From NCBI GenBank assembly GCA_000146465.1, contig CP001950.1: a DNA stretch of 64,000 bases. One strand, given 5' to 3'. A program made the position numbers and the translations under genes. Under the pieces are notes generated by a model. The model saw only the letters and a program-made list of their open reading frames with translations. It did no database searches and was not told the DNA's origin. Shown here piece after piece: positions 58,513 through 64,000 of the stretch (positions are counted from its first letter, which is position 1; each line of letters begins with the position of its first letter).

Positions 58513-60240
58513 ATGGTTCTTGGTAGAATAAAGAAGATGTTCTCAAATACTAAGAAGAATTTATTTGGAGATTTGCATTGCGGAAGAACTATTCTTATGA
58601 ATGGATGCGAAGCATTAGCGTCCCAGGAAGATCTTTTATTCTCATCAAAAAAAAGCAAGATGTCATTCAAGCTGTGTGAGATTGTGTCAATTGAACACGA
58701 TAATAAGACCCTTAGCTTCATTCATAACCAGAAAAAGTATCTCTTTACGAGCGGGGAATCTCTAGATCTTTTCTGTAAGGCTATAGTACCCTTTATAAAG
58801 AAGACCAAGATCCTATACAAAAAAAGTGCGGTGTACTCAAGATACAATACAACTACGGGGAGATTTGAAGAAGCTTCGGGAAACGTAGATGTATTTATTG
58901 TTGAAGATGGGATGTTTTTGATCAGGATAGAAACAAGAGACGACATTATACATTTTGAAGAGATAAGAACGGAGACACAATACTATATGGATCAGAAAAA
59001 CATAACGTTTGTATGGTCTGTGATGGAAGGGGGAGTTTTCCACACGTTTTCGTTGAAGTTTTTGGACAATCTTGATTTTCTTGAGTTTCTCGGCAAGTAC
59101 ATTGGATGTCTCTATAAGAATGTTAATCACGAAAACAAGGAGGACAAGGAAGCGGAGCAGTATTTTGAAAAAATGGAGATGGAGAACTATCACCCTGATG
59201 AATCCTCGGAGTCGGAAGAGGAAGAGGAGTATGAAAGTTGTGATGATGATGAGCTTGAAAACCATTTTGGAGAAGCAGACGAAAAGAATAAGCATCTTGT
59301 CGTGGGAGATGAAATGGCTTTTATAACAAGAGGAAAGTCAATAGGGGTGTTTGAAAACACAGATGACGGACTTGAGTTTAGGGCAAATATCAAGAACGTT
59401 CTGAATGAAGATGTAAAAAAGATAATCACACATGATAATTGTGCTTCGCTCATATACTTAGACAAGAGTGAAAGAGACAAGCTCCATAAGCTGGATGTAG
59501 AAAGAGGAGAGGTTATTGAGACTTGGGATGTGCAAAGGGACGTTAATGATTACTTTGATGCGCAGAAGCTAATTGATACTGGTTCGCTTGTTGGGCTCTC
59601 GGATTATTCGGTGTTCAGGATTGATCCAAGAACAAAGAATAAGGTTGTTGAGTCGAAGGACTACAAGACAAGAAATAATTTCAACTGTGGGATGGCTACA
59701 AGCCTGGGGCATGTTGTTGCAGCAGGTAAGGGAGGAGACTTGAGACTTTACGATAAGATTGACAAACGGGCAAAGTCTCTTCTTCCAGGATTTGGGGATG
59801 AAATTAAGTATATAGACGTTACAAGCAATGGAAAACATATTATTTGCACATGCAAGAACTACTTGATGCTCACAACTGTTCCCGGAGACTATAAGCAACC
59901 TATTGGGAAGGATAAGCCTGTTCCAAAAAGACTTCAGCTAAAGCCAGAGCATTTGGCATACATTAATGAAGAGATAGACTTTACTCCTGCAAAGTTCAGC
60001 ACAGACACTTCGGAAAGCAGCATAATAACAAGTACAGGAAGTTATGTTGTTAAGTGGAACTTGGATGATGTGCTTAATGGAAAGCTGTACTCGTACCAGC
60101 TAGCCAAATGCAATGATTTGGTTGTTGCCGACAACTTCGAATTTGGGGAAAACAACAGTGTAATTGTGACAATGCCAGACGACATAAGAAAAGTCAACGT
60201 CCGAAACCTCAAGAGACCTGGGCGAAAGATATGGGGATGA
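58513..60240 (+). CDS. VID27-like cytoplasmic protein (PH-like N-terminus, acidic stretch, C-terminal beta-propeller-like region)
   Basis: Acidic run ESSESEEEEEYESCDDDE followed by VVGDEMAFITRGKSIGVFEN, resembling the VID27 family. Confidence 0.45.
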   Translation: MVLGRIKKMFSNTKKNLFGDLHCGRTILMNGCEALASQEDLLFSSKKSKMSFKLCEIVSIEHDNKTLSFIHNQKKYLFTSGESLDLFCKAIVPFIKKTKILYKKSAVYSRYNTTTGRFEEASGNVDVFIVEDGMFLIRIETRDDIIHFEEIRTETQYYMDQKNITFVWSVMEGGVFHTFSLKFLDNLDFLEFLGKYIGCLYKNVNHENKEDKEAEQYFEKMEMENYHPDESSESEEEEEYESCDDDELENHFGEADEKNKHLVVGDEMAFITRGKSIGVFENTDDGLEFRANIKNVLNEDVKKIITHDNCASLIYLDKSERDKLHKLDVERGEVIETWDVQRDVNDYFDAQKLIDTGSLVGLSDYSVFRIDPRTKNKVVESKDYKTRNNFNCGMATSLGHVVAAGKGGDLRLYDKIDKRAKSLLPGFGDEIKYIDVTSNGKHIICTCKNYLMLTTVPGDYKQPIGKDKPVPKRLQLKPEHLAYINEEIDFTPAKFSTDTSESSIITSTGSYVVKWNLDDVLNGKLYSYQLAKCNDLVVADNFEFGENNSVIVTMPDDIRKVNVRNLKRPGRKIWG

Positions 60241-60300
60241 TTGTGTATTTATGCTATTAAATAAATGTGTTTTTGAACATTTCTATTTCAAAAGAATGAT

Positions 60301-61479
60301 ATGCAGCCCCGAGCTATGGACTTTAATCCTGTTCGATTTGAATACAATAAGAATTACACAAAGAGTATAGCAAGCATATTTAGTAGGGTTGAAATAATTT
60401 CTACAGATACAGACAGCTCTAGCCGAAAGTTTGTTTTTCCTTCCATTGGAAGCATTAAGTATTGCAAAGCCAGAATAGTAGAGACAGAAAGACTCGAGAC
60501 CTCCTGGAGAGAGGTTTATCGTATAAAATTCGATAAGAAGTTTGATTTTAAGCCTGGAGATTCCATTGGAATATTGTGTCCAAACAATGATGCTTTGGTC
60601 GACGAAATAATGAAGATTCTCTGTCTCAAAGATTTTAGCTGCCAAATGAGTAGAACGGGCAAGAACTCCTTCAATTACACTGGAAGAATTAGAGACTTCT
60701 TTAAGTACTACTTCGACTTCGGGGGTCTTCCAAGAAAATCCTTATTAATCAATCTAGCTAGAAGTTGCACGGAAGAAAATCAAAAATATATTGAATATCT
60801 CTGTTCAAGAGAAGGTATTGCAGACTATCTTGGAATAGGGAAAAGATGGAATAACATTCTTGATATTATAAGGACCTTTAAATGCAAGCCCACCCTGGAG
60901 GAAATTATAGGAGAATGTGAGATTGTAAAGCCTAGGTACTTTTCTCTTATAAATGAAATTGGGAAGGAATCCGAAATTCTTATTGGAATAACAAACAAGA
61001 TCTTTAATGAGTTTGTAAGATATGGTCATGTCTCAGACTTTATAATTCAATCGGAGGCCGAAGAGATTGAAGCATGTTTAAGAACAAATCTTCTCTTCAG
61101 AATGGATTACAATAGAAGGCGGATCCTGGCAATATGCACAGGGACAGGAATAGCTCCTTTTCTATCTTTTGTGGCAAATCTTCAATCACACCAAAGTATT
61201 TGGATCATATATGGGTTTAGGAACGATGAAGATGATATTTCTAAATTGATGAAGTCTGGGGAAAAGATAAAAATATCCAGAGTTAAGTCTAGCGACGGAC
61301 ACTATGTCACCGATTACTTAGTGGAGAAGATTGATGAGATAAAGGAATATATTGATGAGGAATGTGCAGTCTATGCATGCGGGAAGATGGAAATGCAGAG
61401 GAAAGTGTTTGAAATATTCAAAAATGAGCATCCCGAGATTGTAGAGTCCAAGCGATTGATCTTCGACCAATGGGGCTAA
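60301..61479 (+). CDS. FNR-type FAD/NAD(P)H oxidoreductase domain protein resembling the C-terminal half of Tah18/NDOR1 (no flavodoxin domain)
   Basis: FAD-binding barrel at the N-terminus (FKPGDSIGILCPN), KPRYFSL (RxYS-like FAD motif), GTGIAPF NAD(P)H-binding motif, C-terminal aromatic W. Confidence 0.5.
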   Translation: MQPRAMDFNPVRFEYNKNYTKSIASIFSRVEIISTDTDSSSRKFVFPSIGSIKYCKARIVETERLETSWREVYRIKFDKKFDFKPGDSIGILCPNNDALVDEIMKILCLKDFSCQMSRTGKNSFNYTGRIRDFFKYYFDFGGLPRKSLLINLARSCTEENQKYIEYLCSREGIADYLGIGKRWNNILDIIRTFKCKPTLEEIIGECEIVKPRYFSLINEIGKESEILIGITNKIFNEFVRYGHVSDFIIQSEAEEIEACLRTNLLFRMDYNRRRILAICTGTGIAPFLSFVANLQSHQSIWIIYGFRNDEDDISKLMKSGEKIKISRVKSSDGHYVTDYLVEKIDEIKEYIDEECAVYACGKMEMQRKVFEIFKNEHPEIVESKRLIFDQWG

Positions 61480-61524
61480 GGCTTTGTGCTTATTATCTGG
61501 CGCTTGAAAGTTCGATTATGGAGT

Positions 61525-62760
61525 TTATTTACTTGTGAATGGGAATTCGACAGGTTTTAGAATCAGGCCTATGAGTATTGCAAAAATGAAGATAGCAATA
61601 GGAAGCGTCATATGAAGGATATTGTATCTTCCGGACATTCTATGTACTCCAACAAAACCATCAAAAGAGGAGAAATAAACCGATTCGTTCATAAACCCTA
61701 CTCCCGTTATTGGAACATTGTAAACTTTTTTTCTCCCACTTAGAACACATTTGTTGAATAGGTAGATGTAACCATCTGCGGTTCCAACAACCGTCCACTG
61801 GCCTTCACACGACATTGTTGTGATTTTTGGGATGCTGTAGATCTTTTCGTGCACCTCCTGAAAGTACAGCTTGGAATCCTTTCCCTTTAAGTAATAAACA
61901 AGCATTTCATTGTTGTGAGCTATTCTCCCAATCTCCTTTTCATAGGAATACTTTTTGGAATTGTATACAAAAGTGTATCCTCCATCTTCGTAAACAATCT
62001 TATGGACTAATCCTCTAGTTATGAAAAATCCTTCCCAGTTGTTAGCTATGTCAGACTTTCCTTCCTCTCTCTTGAAAATAATCCTTCTATCCTTCCTGAA
62101 AGGTCTGTATGTATACTCTTCATGAGACTCATCATTGAGCAAGGATCCATTTACTTTTTTTCTTTTCCTTTCAGGTTTCAGCACCTCATCTAATGAATCT
62201 GGAGAACTTACCACATCATGGAATCCATACAGCTTTTTATCACTAATGATATATAAATCCTTGGCAAATACTTGGGAAGATATCTTTTTCTTTACTCTTT
62301 TGATAAGCGTGAGATTGCTGCCATCAAATATTAACAAGTAGAAGAATTCTTCCCCTAGGGCAGTAATATAAAGTTTCGAACAATCATCTTCTGTTTTGTT
62401 TTTTGTGTCTTTGTTATCTGGAACCAAGTCTTTACAACCTGAATTATCTTCCGAAGAGTCCTTATTGCTGGCACCTTCTATATCCTCTGAACTCCGAGCA
62501 GAGGAAGAAAGGCTTGCCTCATCATATTCATCCCATGACATATCATCCTCTCCTACCTGAAGAAATTCATCTTTGGTGTTGCAGACCGCTATATCCACAA
62601 TAATTTCGTCTGTTGAATAATAGGCCAGCTCTTTGAAGCGAAAACTCTCCAGAACCTTAACTCCATTGGACTTTCCAAATTCCTTTTCTCCCCCTCCTCC
62701 TCCTACAATAACAAATTCTCCCTTTACTTGCAATGTGAATACAGGAAAAGAAACCTTCAT
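61525..62760 (-). CDS. SEC12: Sec12-like Sar1 guanine-nucleotide exchange factor (WD propeller, C-terminal TM anchor)
   Basis: Sec12-like N-terminus VFTLQVKGEFVIVGGGGGEKEFGKSNGVKVL, C-terminal TM helix LPIAIFIFAILIGLIL, acidic Ser-rich insertion. Confidence 0.55.
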   Translation of the reverse strand: MKVSFPVFTLQVKGEFVIVGGGGGEKEFGKSNGVKVLESFRFKELAYYSTDEIIVDIAVCNTKDEFLQVGEDDMSWDEYDEASLSSSARSSEDIEGASNKDSSEDNSGCKDLVPDNKDTKNKTEDDCSKLYITALGEEFFYLLIFDGSNLTLIKRVKKKISSQVFAKDLYIISDKKLYGFHDVVSSPDSLDEVLKPERKRKKVNGSLLNDESHEEYTYRPFRKDRRIIFKREEGKSDIANNWEGFFITRGLVHKIVYEDGGYTFVYNSKKYSYEKEIGRIAHNNEMLVYYLKGKDSKLYFQEVHEKIYSIPKITTMSCEGQWTVVGTADGYIYLFNKCVLSGRKKVYNVPITGVGFMNESVYFSSFDGFVGVHRMSGRYNILHMTLPIAIFIFAILIGLILKPVEFPFTSK

Positions 62761-62817
62761 TTAATGGGTTACGAAAAGGTAAATAAAAACCTTCGAAATA
62801 TCTTTAATTTCCTACCA

Positions 62818-63633
62818 TCAGATCCCTAGAATACAGCTTCTGATCCTCTCTTTTATTGAGCTAAGGATGGGCCCATCTACCTTCCCATTCTGAATAGGAA
62901 TTTCAATAGCATTCCAGTTCCTCATATAAATACTGCTTGTCATCCCTCTTTTTACAAAGCAAAACGTCGGTATAGAGTTAAATATCTCTCCCACATCCTT
63001 TATATTCCATCTGCTTACTTGCCACTTGGTTCCATCAAGAAATATACATACAACCTTTTTCCAATCCTCAGACGTAAATCTTCCTACATCGTCCACTGCA
63101 ACAACTCCAAATCCTTCAATCTTCAGTTCTACCTTCTCGGCTTCACTGATGCTAATCTCATCGGAACATATTCCCTTCTCAAAGAACTCCTTAACGTTGC
63201 TTAGATTTACGGGAGAAGAAACCGATTGCGGAACTATGGCATAGTAGGTCACTGGTCTCCCTTCTTCCTCTTTCTTGCAAATGTTATTTAAATAGCTATA
63301 ATCCCGGAATCCAATGTATCGGAAGTCCGGTCCATCAATCTTGGCTTCAATAGATGCTTCCTTAAAGTTTTCAATCTCCTCTACAATAATCTTTTGGTCC
63401 GTATAATATATCTTTCCTATTCCACTTTCCTTGCACAACGTCATATACGCCGTGTACTTCTTGTCTTTGTTCAGTAGATAGAACAAAACCTGCTCAAATG
63501 TATACTCCTTGGTTTCTGTTCCTTTAAATTTGATGGTCTGTTTAGGGGAAATCTTTCTTCCCCCGATAGTTATTTCTTCGGGATTCATTTGGCATATGCT
63601 GGGATCCCTGAGTGCCCTCTTCAGTAGATCCAT
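62818..63633 (-). CDS. CDC73: Cdc73/parafibromin (Paf1 complex)
   Basis: N-terminal DLLKRALRD...YTFEQVLFYLLNK; C-terminal Ras-like domain KKVVCIFLDGTKWQVSRWN...IFNSIPTFCF. Confidence 0.65.
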   Translation of the reverse strand: MDLLKRALRDPSICQMNPEEITIGGRKISPKQTIKFKGTETKEYTFEQVLFYLLNKDKKYTAYMTLCKESGIGKIYYTDQKIIVEEIENFKEASIEAKIDGPDFRYIGFRDYSYLNNICKKEEEGRPVTYYAIVPQSVSSPVNLSNVKEFFEKGICSDEISISEAEKVELKIEGFGVVAVDDVGRFTSEDWKKVVCIFLDGTKWQVSRWNIKDVGEIFNSIPTFCFVKRGMTSSIYMRNWNAIEIPIQNGKVDGPILSSIKERIRSCILGI

Positions 63634-63754
63634 TCAAAAGGGCACTTTCTCAAAGCTTTTTATTTAAGACCTATCCTTGAACATTCCAAGCTGAAGTATC
63701 TCCAAGTTAAAGTATTTTATTGCTAGGAGTCCGGAACAAAAGGCCTGGAAAGCA

Positions 63755-63982
63755 TCATGCCCTGTTTCTTAAACTTCTGTTTACAAAATAATCGTCCAGA
63801 ACTTCCCCATCAACAACCCCACGATCCTTTAGTTCTAAAACACGGCTGTGGAACATCTCTAGATTAAAGGGAGGATCTATAAACAGATTGCTGAGAAGCC
63901 TTACAAATGTAATGGCTTCCTTTTTATCCTGGGGAGTAAATGTAGGTAGAAAAGAGAGGTCAAAGCTGTATTTATGGACCAT
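63755..63982 (-). CDS. Short ORF (75 aa) near the window edge, unknown
   Basis: ATG-initiated ORF; an upstream start beyond 64000 cannot be excluded. Confidence 0.2.
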   Translation of the reverse strand: MVHKYSFDLSFLPTFTPQDKKEAITFVRLLSNLFIDPPFNLEMFHSRVLELKDRGVVDGEVLDDYFVNRSLRNRA

Positions 63983-64000
63983 AAAGTATCTTATAAGGTC

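Noticed and set aside
1-64000. Prokaryotic-style defence or mobile systems (CRISPR arrays, RM, toxin-antitoxin, transposases, integrases, reverse transcriptase)
   Set aside because: There are no direct-repeat arrays, and no transposase, integrase or RT motifs. All confidently identified genes are eukaryotic housekeeping genes. The window is a eukaryotic nuclear region, so such systems are not expected and none is seen.

Overview
This 64 kb window is a very gene-dense, apparently intron-free stretch of a reduced eukaryotic nuclear genome, not a prokaryotic locus. About 60 protein genes sit on both strands with intergenic spacers mostly 40-300 bp. Protein lengths are shortened relative to yeast and human orthologues. 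Many start codons are preceded within about 15 nt by a C-rich (CCC/CCCC) motif, and several also by an AAATTT-like stretch; this resembles the upstream signals described for Encephalitozoon-type microsporidia (recalled from the literature, not checked here). GC looks about 40-42% by eye, and a 100-nt N run at 240-339 marks a draft-assembly gap. My inference is a microsporidian or close relative; I cannot name the species from sequence alone.

Recognisable content is almost entirely eukaryotic housekeeping. It covers DNA replication, nucleotide-excision repair and chromatin (MCM7, an RFC small subunit, RuvB-like 1, a MYST acetyltransferase, Cdc73, Tfb5, XPG/Rad2, an Nse2-like SP-RING protein). 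It covers ribosome biogenesis, tRNA modification and translation (Tsr3, Nop56, Nog2, NMD3, Rio2, Trm9, Sua5, RPS3, RPS15a, eIF5A, an eIF4A-family helicase, Dhh1, AsnRS, U2AF35, an Rrp40-like exosome subunit). It covers secretion and GPI-anchor biosynthesis (PIG-A, PER1, Sec12, SR-beta, Yif1, a PDI-like protein, Sgt2, a P4-ATPase flippase, Rab), Fe-S cluster assembly (Cia1, Isd11, a flavodoxin-less Tah18-like reductase) and the kinetochore (Nuf2, a possible Dad1). One tRNA-Arg(CCU) is present.

I find no mobile elements, CRISPR array or prokaryotic-style defence system. The items most worth a second look are a secreted GH19 chitinase with a novel Cys module and mucin-like linker; a 7-TM protein with a Cys-containing helical N-terminal domain; an 866-aa unknown protein; a secreted LRR protein; a pair of divergent ATGs 1 nt apart; and an RRM gene whose N-terminal RRM lacks an in-frame ATG.

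CDS coordinates include the stop codon. Several ORF-track starts were non-ATG (TTG/GTG), so I moved those to the first in-frame ATG. All identifications rest on remembered family motifs and should be confirmed by HMM or BLAST searches.
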